DNA of 64,000 nucleotides from Andalucia godoyi And28 (lineage: Eukaryota > Protista > Jakobida). Within the stretch, counting starts at the first letter, position 1, and every line of letters starts with the position of its first letter. The position numbers were made by a program, and so were the translations under genes. Positions 1-11,000 of the stretch are shown here, piece after piece. The notes under the pieces are model-generated. The model saw nothing but the letters and a program-made list of their open reading frames with translations, was not told the DNA's origin and searched no databases. The stretch covers positions 469,121-533,120 of the forward strand of contig VRVR01000003.1 in assembly GCA_009859145.1 (NCBI GenBank), given 5' to 3'.

Positions 1-669
1 AAAAGACATCCGCACAGACAATGCTCCTGCGTCGCAAAGCACATCGATGGAGAAGGACATCATCTTCACTTGCCGAGCAGGCTGCATCGGCTGTGCGACA
101 GTGCCGGTGGTTACGACATTCGTTGAATCATCCAAAGTGGATGAGCCGGGTGTCGACGGGGCCTTGTTCTTCTTGGAAACCACACTCGCATTCAGATTCG
201 CGGAGCTAGGAGTGACGGCAGATGAAGCAGGATCGATCGGGCAAATCTGCAGATGGACACATCGAGCCTTGATTCCCAGGGAAGCAGTCGAAACGCCAGG
301 AAGCGCAATTGCATTATTTGCTGGAATCGCACCTTGCAGCACTGTAACACGTTTTCCAATCGTGGAGTCAATCCCAGAAGTTACGTCTCCTTGTGAACTG
401 ACGAACAGCGGTGACGCATTTGAAGGAGACGATTGTGCTGAGGCTCCAGTCGACGGCGCTGAACACAGCTTGAGAACGTTCACATACGGAAGCTGTGTTG
501 CCGGCACATGTGGAATGACAATCGAATCATCAGAGGCACAAGAAGACTGTCTGCTTGAGGCCGAAGATGATTTCGCGGCTACGCTCGGGGAAAGAGACGC
601 CGAAGCCGAAAAGGACGATTGCGATTGTTGTGAAGCAGGCGTAAGTGGAGCCGGGCGGCTAGCTGACAT
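1..669 (-). CDS. Ser-rich hypothetical protein, 3'-truncated by window edge
   Basis: ATG at 669 (MSASRPAPLT...). The frame reads as open to position 1 (...MSFSIDVLCDAGALSVRMSF) and is preceded by a pyrimidine-rich leader. It is absent from the ORF track, presumably because it has no stop in the window. The + strand 262 aa ORF is its antisense shadow. Confidence 0.6.
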   Translation of the reverse strand, partial: MSASRPAPLTPASQQSQSSFSASASLSPSVAAKSSSASSRQSSCASDDSIVIPHVPATQLPYVNVLKLCSAPSTGASAQSSPSNASPLFVSSQGDVTSGIDSTIGKRVTVLQGAIPANNAIALPGVSTASLGIKARCVHLQICPIDPASSAVTPSSANLNASVVSKKNKAPSTPGSSTLDDSTNVVTTGTVAQPMQPARQVKMMSFSIDVLCDAGALSVRMSF

Positions 670-1097
670 TTTTTCTTCTCAGGAATGGCAGCGCAGTGAA
701 TACACGGCGAAAGAACAAGAGGACAGTGTGGGAGGTAAAGGGAGAAGGCCAACAAATAAAAAATACACGGAAGAAGGGAAGGAAGAAAGGAAGGAAAGGG
801 ATTTCATAATATTCAAAACAAAAACAAAAAGGTAACTGAAAATGATGGGGTAAGAGAGAGCGCAAAGGGAAAGAAGACCAAGAGGCAACGGGAAAAAACA
901 ATCGAGGCGGGAAATATGCAGTTGATGCATTGATTCTTTAGGGAGGCGCATTCCAAAGAAAAGGGAGGCGGTGTCTACAGGAAGAAAGTTTTCAGTATTG
1001 GGCAGTGAGAGTGTTTATTTCCATTTCTTTGTCTTGCGAAGTTACGATTATGTTCATCACGAGTATGACGATGATTATACATTGTTGATTGGGTGGA

Positions 1098-2699
1098 ATG
1101 TCGTTGGCGGATGAATTCGCAGCTGCTTTTGGGGATGGTGAGCCCATGATCGATGCTTCTCATTCCCAGAGTGCTGTGTTGGATGACGGCGACTCGCAGT
1201 CGGCGTCCTTGCCTGACCTGTACGACCGATACACGACTTTGTCAGGGAAATTGAGATCGCTTGGAGGCGCATTGGCAGCTGCTGTTCGTTGCGTATTTCC
1301 TGCTCTTTCGGAGCTGCTGGCAGACAGACCGCGAGACCTGGTGCATGTTTGTCGTCTGTTGGCTGTTCAGCCGAGTTCCAGTACTTCAGCCGCTGCTCCT
1401 TCTGATTTTGCTTCGGCTTCTCTTTCTCAAGGATCCTCTGTAGAACGGAATCACGACGAGTTGAGTGCGGTGCAGATCAAGGGACAAGAAACGGAATTGT
1501 ATGATGCGATAAAGGCTGTGCTACGGGGTGATGGCGCGTTGGCTCTTCGCATTGTAATGGAGCGATCATTGTGGGTTGCGACGAAGGGGTTCGTGACAAG
1601 TAGCTGGACGGGTGTGCTGTGCTGTTGCGATGCTTTTGAGGATTGCCTGCAGATGTGGGATAGCATTGTCGAGCAAATGTCTGCTTGCGTATCGGAATCG
1701 GCTCCATCATTGTCCGAATTGCTGGGCGACAAGGTGGCGGCATTGATTGTCGGTGCAGCCGGTGGTATAATGGGTCTTGCGAAATCAGGAACACCATCGT
1801 TGTTGGGTAACTTTGCGAGAGAGGCGGCTGTTGTGGCAGGTGGAAATACGTGGCTCGAGTCTGTCGGAGATACGATGCGGTCGAATGCTTCTGCATCTCT
1901 AAAACAGCGATATGGCATCATGATCCATGCGCGCAGTGTGCTGGCCAATCCGAATCCAGATGCTGCTGAAAAGGTCATTCGAACAGTGCTGAGCAAGGCT
2001 GTTCTTGCTGCAAGAACAGATGCTTTCTCTTCCAAAGACCAAAAAAAAGTTGAGAAGACCTCAGGAGGTTCGGGAACGGGGTTGTTGCCGAGTGCAGGGG
2101 CCAAGATTGTTGCTGCGGTGCATCACACAGTGACGCAATTGTCGGAGCAGGCACAAGTGGACTCGGAAAAGGCAGCAAGAATTCGTCCTCTTCCAGCACC
2201 AGGCACAGAAGTCAAAAAGACGCAGCGCGGGGGTGCTCGGTCACGAAAATGGAAGGCTCTTCTCCGCGAGTCTGAGGGAGATCGTGCTGCCGGAAGGATA
2301 TCAATGGCAGTGGACCCCAATGTTCCTTCCAATGCGTCCGTGGTTCCTGGTGACGTTCCGTCTGTTGGCACAGCGTCTGTTGTCTCTAGATCCGGTGGCG
2401 AGGGTGCTGCTGGTCGACTGGCGGCCATGCGTCTCACAAAGAGAACTCGTGAGCGTCTTGAACGAGAAGCGAGAAAACATCGTCATCTCATTATTCAACA
2501 GACTCGGTTAAGCCAGGCGTCTGCTAATCCGGCCAGTGGGACTGCAACGCAAGTGGGCGGTCTGGCTACGTCGTTCGCAGGTGGATGGCGCGGGCCGCAG
2601 TTGCCTCCGACCGTGGGTGGCGGTGCTCTAGGTGCCAGCGAGTTGAGCAAGACGATGTTTGGCACGCATGTTCCGTTTCAAACCTCTTTGCAAAAGTAG
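1098..2699 (+). CDS. PRPF31: U4/U6 snRNP protein Prp31 (Nop domain), divergent
   Basis: N-terminus MSLADEF matches the Prp31 start MSLADEL. Nop-domain motifs LSELLGDKVAALIVGAAGGIMGLAK and KAVLAARTD are present, followed by LPAP..KKTQRGGARSRKWK. Confidence 0.85.
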   Translation: MSLADEFAAAFGDGEPMIDASHSQSAVLDDGDSQSASLPDLYDRYTTLSGKLRSLGGALAAAVRCVFPALSELLADRPRDLVHVCRLLAVQPSSSTSAAAPSDFASASLSQGSSVERNHDELSAVQIKGQETELYDAIKAVLRGDGALALRIVMERSLWVATKGFVTSSWTGVLCCCDAFEDCLQMWDSIVEQMSACVSESAPSLSELLGDKVAALIVGAAGGIMGLAKSGTPSLLGNFAREAAVVAGGNTWLESVGDTMRSNASASLKQRYGIMIHARSVLANPNPDAAEKVIRTVLSKAVLAARTDAFSSKDQKKVEKTSGGSGTGLLPSAGAKIVAAVHHTVTQLSEQAQVDSEKAARIRPLPAPGTEVKKTQRGGARSRKWKALLRESEGDRAAGRISMAVDPNVPSNASVVPGDVPSVGTASVVSRSGGEGAAGRLAAMRLTKRTRERLEREARKHRHLIIQQTRLSQASANPASGTATQVGGLATSFAGGWRGPQLPPTVGGGALGASELSKTMFGTHVPFQTSLQK

Positions 2700-2839
2700 G
2701 TGATGTACGTCTGTCTGTGTCTCTATATGTTTGTATGTATGTATGTATGTGTGCGTGTGTCTGTGTCTGTGCGCGCACAAGTTTATTTCTACATTCCAGT
2801 TTTCTTCGTGCTTGTGCTATTTGAGTTTGATTCGCAATT

Positions 2840-5011
2840 CTAGCTTTCCTTTCCATCTCGTTTCTTGGCCATCATGGGTTGAATTGGCGGTAGAGATTTT
2901 GCTGCCTTTGCTTTGAGCTCTTTTAGACGTTCTTGACCGACTTTCGCAATTTCTTCTCGACGTTCCGGGAACTCTGCAAGAGTCGCTTCAAAATCTGCTT
3001 TGGACAATACGTACACTTCGCACATGGTCTTTGCGCGAATGGAAGCGGATCGCTTTTGTTCAAAGACGATGGAGAGTTCGCCGAAAAACGACCCTTCATT
3101 GAGCGTTGCGAAAATGACTGTTCCATCCTCGTTCACAACATCCACCGTTCCTTTGTACAGAAAATACATCTCTCTTCCCACCGTCCCTTTGATAACCACG
3201 AACGATTCTGGCAAGAAGAAGACTCTTTTCAGAGTAGATACGACTCGCTCGATAAAAATCGGGTCTGCTGTCTTGAAGAATGGCACCTTCGACACCAAGG
3301 AGCCGAACAGATAGGATTCAATATCTCTGCGTAGTGCTACCGGCATGTCTCCAAGAATGGTCTCCTCTGAGTAATCCGTTGAATTCATAGACCATAAGTA
3401 CCGGTAGTAAGTGAGAATTCGCATTGAAATCTGCGATGAAATCTTGCGGAACATAAAGAACGCATGCAGCTTATCGATTTTCTGTCGAAAAAAGTTAGAC
3501 ATTGGATCCAGATTTTCCAACAACTCAGACACGACACCGACGATCGTGGCGAAAACAACGGATCCCATTCCGACGGTGACCAGCGACCACACGAATTGTG
3601 CAGTAGTCTGAGGCCAGACGTCTTGGTACCCGACAATGAGGACTGTCGTCACATAGAACGCAAACTGGTAGGTAGCTGGAAACGAAGTTTCTTCGAAACT
3701 TAATCGGAATGCTGCTGTCGACGAGGTAATAGCCGCCGTGGAATTGGAAACATCGAGCAGCTTCAGCGCTGAGGTCAAACGGGGCTTCCTTTGAAATCGC
3801 GGATTGGTCACGAATGCTAGAGAGGTGACATTGTCCCCGGATTGCCCGGTGGTCGCGCTGCTGCTGCTGCTCCCGCCCATGGACAGCCACGCATCTCCGT
3901 CAATCGGGCTGATGAAGTAGACGAATATCAGTCCGCAAGACAGAACGTGACTCATGTACAACACGATAATCAACAGTCGGAGTATCCTGCTTAAGCGGCT
4001 GGCAGACGCTTCGTAGCCCGGAAAGAGGAGAAAGAAGTATTTCTGAACATGTGAGAAATTCCCCAGTAGCCTGGGGATGAGCAGACACTGGATTCCGTAC
4101 CCATACTGCGATGTGCTGTTGGATGTTCGCTGGAACCATGCATCTGGCGAGGAATTTCCTTGAAGTTCTTGAATGCTCGTGAAGAATAAGAACAACGGAG
4201 CTGTGATGAGGATCGCGTATGTCCAGAACTGCCATTGCTTGATTCTTGCTAGGACTTCTTGAGGAGTCCGGCTTCTGTACTCGTCTTGTCCATCTGTTCG
4301 GATTTCCTGTTGAGGGATGCCGGTGATGAGGAGATCGACCACCGCGTTGACAAGCCCCAGGCAGCAGAGCACAACGTCGACGACAAACCAAGGGAGCGTT
4401 TCGGCCAAGGCGAATCCGATTCGAAGTGGGATGATCACAAAATCTGCAATCGAAAACGGCACATTCAGAATGGCGAGGGCGCGCAACAGCCAAATGAGAG
4501 AGTGTGTGGACGGCTCACCGGCTGTGTTAGTCTGCCCAGGACTGGTTGCCGCAGACGCGGTTGTGTTTGGATTTTGATTTTGATTTGGATGGGGCGTTAG
4601 CCTCGTTGCTGCGGCTGCCGGAACAGATTTTCTGTCACGATCTGCAGGATGGTGGTGATGCTGCATGCAGGTCACATCATTACTGACGTCTGCGATCGGC
4701 GTCTTTTTCACCATAAGACTGCTTGCCAGTCCACCAAGCCCCTTCTGTGGATTCGAGCTGAAGTTTATCGACAGCTTCTTTTTCAGACCTGCTGTTGAGC
4801 TTCTTTGTGAAAGTGGGGATGTTGCAAGTACTTGTCCCCCAGAAGGAGATCTTTGGAGTGTTGAGCTGTTCTGTCGAAGGAATGACGGTGCAGAAAGCAG
4901 AGAACCTGTGAGAGACGGCGAACGAACAGACATCGTCCTGCTGATTGCAGTAAACGACGTCGCCGAGTCGCGGCGCAAAGAGTTCGACGAAGATGATGGT
5001 GTGATGTTCAT
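2840..5011 (-). CDS. Cyclic-nucleotide-binding-domain 6TM cation channel (CNG/HCN/KCNH-like)
   Basis: Hydrophobic TM segments, pore TTVLIVGYQDVWP, S6, C-linker and CNBD (VIKGTVGREMYFL, FFGELSI..KRSASIRA). Confidence 0.9.
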   Translation of the reverse strand: MNITPSSSSNSLRRDSATSFTAISRTMSVRSPSLTGSLLSAPSFLRQNSSTLQRSPSGGQVLATSPLSQRSSTAGLKKKLSINFSSNPQKGLGGLASSLMVKKTPIADVSNDVTCMQHHHHPADRDRKSVPAAAATRLTPHPNQNQNPNTTASAATSPGQTNTAGEPSTHSLIWLLRALAILNVPFSIADFVIIPLRIGFALAETLPWFVVDVVLCCLGLVNAVVDLLITGIPQQEIRTDGQDEYRSRTPQEVLARIKQWQFWTYAILITAPLFLFFTSIQELQGNSSPDAWFQRTSNSTSQYGYGIQCLLIPRLLGNFSHVQKYFFLLFPGYEASASRLSRILRLLIIVLYMSHVLSCGLIFVYFISPIDGDAWLSMGGSSSSSATTGQSGDNVTSLAFVTNPRFQRKPRLTSALKLLDVSNSTAAITSSTAAFRLSFEETSFPATYQFAFYVTTVLIVGYQDVWPQTTAQFVWSLVTVGMGSVVFATIVGVVSELLENLDPMSNFFRQKIDKLHAFFMFRKISSQISMRILTYYRYLWSMNSTDYSEETILGDMPVALRRDIESYLFGSLVSKVPFFKTADPIFIERVVSTLKRVFFLPESFVVIKGTVGREMYFLYKGTVDVVNEDGTVIFATLNEGSFFGELSIVFEQKRSASIRAKTMCEVYVLSKADFEATLAEFPERREEIAKVGQERLKELKAKAAKSLPPIQPMMAKKRDGKES

Positions 5012-5016
5012 GTCGT

Positions 5017-5018
<2 letters not shown>

Positions 5019-5062
<44 letters not shown>
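5019..5062. repeat. (TG)22 microsatellite
   Basis: Directly visible. It lies just upstream of the channel ATG, between divergent genes. Confidence 0.95.
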
Positions 5063-5066
<4 letters not shown>

Positions 5067-5415
5067 GGTTTTGCTGAGGCGAGAGGAAAAAAATACTAAT
5101 GAATTACTTTCTTCTTTTCCAATACTTTCTTTCTTGCTTGATTTCTTCCAAACAGTCAGTTCCCGAAACTTTTCTCCATCCATAAAACCGAGCCAAGTTA
5201 CGTACTGTCATCATCGCAATTTGCATGTTCACAACGACAACCAGGGACACGCAACATCCAACCGTTGTAGTGTTCGCACGAGTCGCCACATGTCAACGCG
5301 ATTAAACTGGGTGCTGGGAAATCCCCTTTGCTCAACACGATTCTTATCACGATTCTTATCACTGTCATCATCGTCATCATCATTTACTATTATTTTGACA
5401 CAGATTTTTATTGCA

Positions 5416-7968
5416 ATGAGGCACGTGCACAAGGAGGCGTACGGCGCAGCAGTTGCGTTCATCGTTTTTTGCTTTTGCGTCTGCTTTCCAAAGACAGCAG
5501 TTGCAACGTGTCCTATTCAGATTGAAGATCCAAGCTTCGAAACGCCGGTGCTTCCGATGACCTTCCTGCGGGAACGCTTTTCTTTTCTTGGAGCGTCTAC
5601 ACAGTATTGTCCGTCCAATGCGTCGCACATTGCTCTCTCGTTTGCGATCGACTCGACACTCTCCTGTGAATCATACCGCATTGCGCGACACGAAGGCAGT
5701 TATCATCGTGATAATGATCATCATGATGATAGTGGGTTTCAAGTTACTGTTTATGCATCAATTGAGTTGTGTCAGTCTGAGAATCCAAACTTGAGAAAAG
5801 GATCGGTGGAAACAACCGTGCTTGCGTTCTTGTATGGTGCGTATCGCACGTTGAGGGAAACTGGATTTGCGTTTTTGCATCCTTTCGATACCCTCGTTCC
5901 TGCGGCGCTCGGCATCAACGCAGATGGATCGATATCGCCCTTGATGACTCCAGGCGGGTCTGTTTTTGTCTCCTTTTCACACCCAGTTCGGTCGTACCAT
6001 CTGCACAGTATGCATCCGCTGGAGTACACTCCGTACTTCAATGGATTTGGTATCAACAACTCGAGTTTGCTGGTCACAGAAGACGACGGGTCTTTTGAGA
6101 AGGTTGCGTTTGCTGAATTTCCGTTGATATGTGAGTGGATGATTGTGATTCAAGCGAACCGATTTTCATGGGTTCTGTTGGAGGATGACTCATTCAAGCT
6201 GTTTGCACAGTCCCCGGAACGGATTGCACGACTTGCGAAACTGGTGGACATTGCGCATTCCTTTGGATTGCTTGTCGGGCTTGATGTGCCTGTCTTTTTC
6301 CAGCAGCAGCACTCATGGAGGTTGGTGCCAGGTTCGTACAAATCGACGGCTGACGCCGTCTCGCAGATGAAAGCTAGAGTGGACTATCTTCGTCAAGCGG
6401 ATTGGGACTTCTTGGAAACAGAAATGGGATCCTCCGAGTTCACACAAACCTCGGACGTGGAGATGGTTGCCTTGCTGAACGCAACGCAAATCTACATTGC
6501 GGACGAACCGACTGTTCGGCCGATCTCGTTGTGGGTGAAAGTACACTGTTCGCAAGGGCAAACTGCTCCCCACTACGGAAATATTGATTATAACTTCGTT
6601 GCCCAGTTTGCAGATCCGCGAGTTGTCTTGCTTCCTCACACTGTGCAGCCCTTTTCGCTGGATGATCCCACGTGGAATTCGTACGGAAACAGAAACTTCA
6701 CTTTCATGTTGGATTTTATGAAGTCGTTGCCTGCGGAGCGGCGATCCGTTTATTACGGAGAGACGGCGTATTGGGTGAACGACGATACGGCCACCGGGAT
6801 GTTTTGGCCGATTTACATTGATAGACGTGCACACGATCTGACGATCATCGAACAAGAGGTGCCCTACTGTCAAGGATTCCACACGTTCCATTCGGGTTTT
6901 GCGTGGGGATACAACCTGATTGATTATGCATTAATGTCTCTCTTTGATACGTCCATTCGTCCTCGTTTGAGCACTGCGACTGCAGAGCGAAACTGGGTGA
7001 AAGTTGTGTCTCCTATTTTTGGAAATACGCGAACCCAGTTGCTCACAGATCTGATTGACACGCAACGGGAGTGGTTTATCGAGAATGATGGCATGGCATA
7101 CGTTCAAGGCCAAGATACGTGGTCGGAAATCGGAGACGATATTGCGCACACCCACGAACAGCCACCGCGATCCTTGACCCCGTTGCCGCTGCTGATGTCG
7201 TCCAAGTTCGCAGAGGTGGACAAGAAGCCTCGTGATTTGTATATTCAGTCTGTGCGATCGTTGTTGACGAATATGAGGAGCGCTTTCACCAATGTGACGG
7301 ATCATATGAAAGCATTGGAAATGCCAGACGTTTCGCAGAAGCTGTCGTCCACTCCTGGGGTGTCCGTTGATTGGACTTCGCAGTGGAAGTTGGCTGCGCT
7401 TGTTTCCAAAGACTATTCGAGTTTTTGGTCCGATGTGTTGGATGGAACGTCCCTGCTGTCTCTCAGATCTTCTCAGATTGCCCTGATGTACGAGTCTTGC
7501 TTCACGCTGGAGTTTCCGACAGATGCATTGCACTCGATCTTTGTGGAAGCGACATCAATCGTTGAGCGTGGCCGTGATCGAATGAGAGTGGCGTATCCTC
7601 AACGTTTGTACGGATGGATTCCCTCAAATCCGACGTCATACAACCACATGTATCTATGGACTGCGGATTCTCTGTATTTTATGTGGAGAGACGTGTTGCG
7701 AATTCACGAATCTCTTGTTGTTCACGCTGGTGGGTCCGATGTGATTGCTTGGCTGTGGATTTGGTCTCCGTGCTTTCTGAACATGGTTGACCCTCTGCAG
7801 ATTGCAGGTCTTGGGGAAGGGGGATTTTCGACAGCATTTTCTGAGATTGTGTCGTGGGCCATCAAGGAGGAGCAACGCTGGCATGGGCATGGTGCCGAAC
7901 CGTTCCTGCGCTGCACAAGTGCTCCCGAGCAGGCATTCCCAGTCGCCGATTGGTCCATCTTCAAATAG
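5416..7968 (+). CDS. Secreted ~850 aa protein of unknown function, possibly glycoside-hydrolase-like
   Basis: ATG 5416 is followed by a signal-peptide-like stretch (AYGAAVAFIVFCFCVCF). The long ORF has globular composition and conserved-looking motifs YHLHSMHPLE, ETEMGSSEFT and YYGETAYWV. Confidence 0.75.
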   Translation: MRHVHKEAYGAAVAFIVFCFCVCFPKTAVATCPIQIEDPSFETPVLPMTFLRERFSFLGASTQYCPSNASHIALSFAIDSTLSCESYRIARHEGSYHRDNDHHDDSGFQVTVYASIELCQSENPNLRKGSVETTVLAFLYGAYRTLRETGFAFLHPFDTLVPAALGINADGSISPLMTPGGSVFVSFSHPVRSYHLHSMHPLEYTPYFNGFGINNSSLLVTEDDGSFEKVAFAEFPLICEWMIVIQANRFSWVLLEDDSFKLFAQSPERIARLAKLVDIAHSFGLLVGLDVPVFFQQQHSWRLVPGSYKSTADAVSQMKARVDYLRQADWDFLETEMGSSEFTQTSDVEMVALLNATQIYIADEPTVRPISLWVKVHCSQGQTAPHYGNIDYNFVAQFADPRVVLLPHTVQPFSLDDPTWNSYGNRNFTFMLDFMKSLPAERRSVYYGETAYWVNDDTATGMFWPIYIDRRAHDLTIIEQEVPYCQGFHTFHSGFAWGYNLIDYALMSLFDTSIRPRLSTATAERNWVKVVSPIFGNTRTQLLTDLIDTQREWFIENDGMAYVQGQDTWSEIGDDIAHTHEQPPRSLTPLPLLMSSKFAEVDKKPRDLYIQSVRSLLTNMRSAFTNVTDHMKALEMPDVSQKLSSTPGVSVDWTSQWKLAALVSKDYSSFWSDVLDGTSLLSLRSSQIALMYESCFTLEFPTDALHSIFVEATSIVERGRDRMRVAYPQRLYGWIPSNPTSYNHMYLWTADSLYFMWRDVLRIHESLVVHAGGSDVIAWLWIWSPCFLNMVDPLQIAGLGEGGFSTAFSEIVSWAIKEEQRWHGHGAEPFLRCTSAPEQAFPVADWSIFK

Positions 7969-8048
7969 CAGTGTGATAAAAAGTTTATAGCACCCCCCCC
8001 CCCCCCCTCTCTGCTGCACGAAGCGTACCAAATCTCGAAACAAATGTG

Positions 8049-11000
8049 CTAGCGACCAAAACCTCCCGAGCCTGATGGTTGTTGAGATCCAAACCCGCCC
8101 TGGGTTCCAAACGCCGAAAACCCGGTACCAAAACTGGATGGTTGCGAAGGCTGCTGACCAAACCCGCTCGGTTGCTGTCCGAAGGCACTTGGCTGCTGCC
8201 CAAATGCATTGGACTGCTGCCCAAACGTGCCCGACTGCGATCCGCTTGCCGGGATTGATGAATTGCCAGAGGCTTGCAAGAAGGCATTTCCGCTACCACT
8301 GAAGCCGGGATTTGCAGCGAATGACGCGAACCCAGCGCCAGCGGCGACTGCGGTGGATGTGGTGTTGTTTGTTGGTGCGGAAGAAACAGGACCGAACGGA
8401 TTCGATGAGCGCCCAATCTTCGCCGGTCCGCCGAAACCAGAGGATCCGAAAGCAGACGGTTGAGGACCCGCAGCGAACCCGGACAAAGAAGAAGATCCAG
8501 TGGCAGAGGAAGCACCCGAAGGCACAGCTGGTGGTGCTCCAAATGCAGCTGCCCCACTTCCAAAGCCAGAATTAGAGACGGAAGACAGACTACTTCCTTG
8601 CCCAAATGCAGAGAATGAAGACGGCTGCAGTACATTTTGCCCAGAAGAATTTTGGAACGGTGATTCCACTTGCTTCGGGGGAAGCGACGGAGCACCGAAA
8701 CCAAAACTGGACGTCTGCGCAAACGCATTCCCAGCACCCAATCCCTGTCCAGATGCAAGGGGCTGCAGGTCTGTATGTAAAGATAAGCCAAGTGCGAAGC
8801 CAGGCGCTGACAATCCTGTGGCTTGCGTATCAGCATGATTGGAGGCAACGGAGTCCTTTTTCGCCCCGGAAAGCTCAAGAGCGGGTTTCTTCTCGGGCTG
8901 ACCGAATGCCGCAGGCTGTGCAAAAGACAAGCTGGCAGGCGCATCCTTTTTCGCCCCGGAAAGCTCAAGAGCGGGTTTCTTCTCGGGCTGACCGAATGCC
9001 GCAGGCTGTGCAAAAGACAAGCTAGCAGGCGCATCCTTCTTCGCCCCGGAAAGCTCAAGAGCGGGTTTCTTCTCGGGCTGACCGAATGCCGCAGGCTGTG
9101 CAAAAGACAAGCTGGCAGGCGCATCCTTCTTCGCCCCGGAAAGCTCAAGAGCGGGTTTCTTCTCGGGCTGACCGAATGCCGCAGGCTGTGGGAATGTGAA
9201 AGCAGAGAAAACAGACGAATCAGCACTCGGATTCTTGGGCAGCAAGGTTTCGCCAGATATTTGAGACGAATTGACAACGGAGGGAGCAGAAAAATGGTCT
9301 TTTTTTCCTTGAGTGAATTCTGATGCAATCTTACTACCAGTTCCACTCGAGGTCGTTTCGGTCGCAATCGCTCCTCCAGAGGCATCGGGTTTTGAAGGAA
9401 AAGAGAAGACAGAATTTGTCGTCAAAGTCGTCGGAATCTTTGAGCTTTCAGCAATAGCATTGGTTTGTTGCGGCTGTGTATCAGTTGCCGTAGATTTCAA
9501 AAACTGTGGAGCGGGTGATTTCGTGCCCAACATGTTCGACCCTTCAACGGATTGTTTTTGAGGTCCAATCGGACCTGCGCCGGCTGTGGAGGCACTCCTT
9601 AAAGAAAGGGAAGTTTGCTGCCGTTTCTGGGAGGCTGAGTGCGAGTCACTGTTGGTGTCCTCCATCTTGCCGCCAGTAACGATGGAGGACGAGACATTGG
9701 CTTGCTTGGAGGAACCAGTCGGCTGCAAGGGCATCATTTGTTGGGAAACCTTCGCAATCACAATTGACGGTGACGACTGCACTATCTGTTGCACGCTATC
9801 CAGCCTACGCCAACGGGTTCGAGCCGGTGGAAGATCTGCACCTGCCGCACGTCCTACTGTCGCTGCAATGCGATCAACCTTTGAAATTTGTCCTGGAGAA
9901 AAGGTAGCTCTAGACGGAGAAGATGCATGCAGATTCAATAGCGACAGATCTGGCAGTCCGTACCTTGTCTTCCCACGAATTGATGCAGCCTTCTGGCGGG
10001 CCTGCCAGAGCTTGTCGACGCGAATCTTCAGCTCCTTGACGTAATCCAGCATATTGCGAGAAGATGAAAACCTGTCTTGAGCAATTCTGTACAACCTCGC
10101 AATCTTGTCTTCTTTTCGTTGAAGCGACAGGGCATCATTCGCGGGACAGCACAATTCCAGTTCAACAAAAATCTCATTGATCAAAGTTCGAAGACACGAA
10201 ACTCTCTCTGTCAACCGAAGAGAGTCATCAACAAACGCATGTTCAGCGGACGAGAAGCTGGATGCACGGATTCGCAAAGAAGAAACACGCGGAGCCTCCC
10301 GTTTTCGGAGCAGGTCTTCTAATTCTTGAAGACGACCCTCCAGATCCTCCACAGAAGAGGCTCGTAAAGGACCCATATTTTCGCCAGAGACATTGGCATA
10401 TGAAAGCTGGTGCTCACGAAGTTCGGCCTCGCACTTGACGCGTGTATCATGAATCAGCTGTAGCCCATTCGAAATAAATGCATCGACGATGTTTTCCAAA
10501 TCTCGAGGAGTGCTTCCAAAAGCACGTCCGAATTCAGCAGCAGCAGTCTTGCATGCTTCAAAACCCGGTGAAATCTTCACGTGCTGGGGAGCCGAAACAC
10601 TCTGCGAAGACGGCTTTTCGGTTTTTCTGCTGGACGACGTCGACGCTGCAAAAGACGGTAGCGGCTTCTGCTCGGCAGTGGTCCCAAGCGACAATGCTGG
10701 TTTCTGTTCTGCAGTCGTCCCAAACGACAATGCTGGTTTCTGTTCTGCAGTCGTCCCAAACGACCCAAACGGTTTCTGCTCGGCAGTCGTCCCAAACGAC
10801 CCAAACGGTTTCTGCTCGGCAGTCGTCCCAAACGACAATGCTGGTTTCTGTTCTGCAGTCGTCCCAAACGACAATGCTGGTTTCTGTTCTGCAGTCGTCC
10901 CAAACGACCCAAACGGTTTCTGCTCGGCAGTCGTCCCAAACGACAATGCTGGTTTCTGTTCTGCAGTCGTCCCAAACGACAATGCTGGTTTCTGTTCTGC

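Noticed and set aside
47-835. 262-aa + strand ORF
   Set aside because: Best explained as antisense to the minus-strand ORF starting at 669. Its tail translates the purine-rich spacer.
5020-5415. N-terminal extension of the 982-aa ORF
   Set aside because: It starts at a non-ATG codon in the TG microsatellite and translates low-complexity spacer. The signal peptide begins at 5416.
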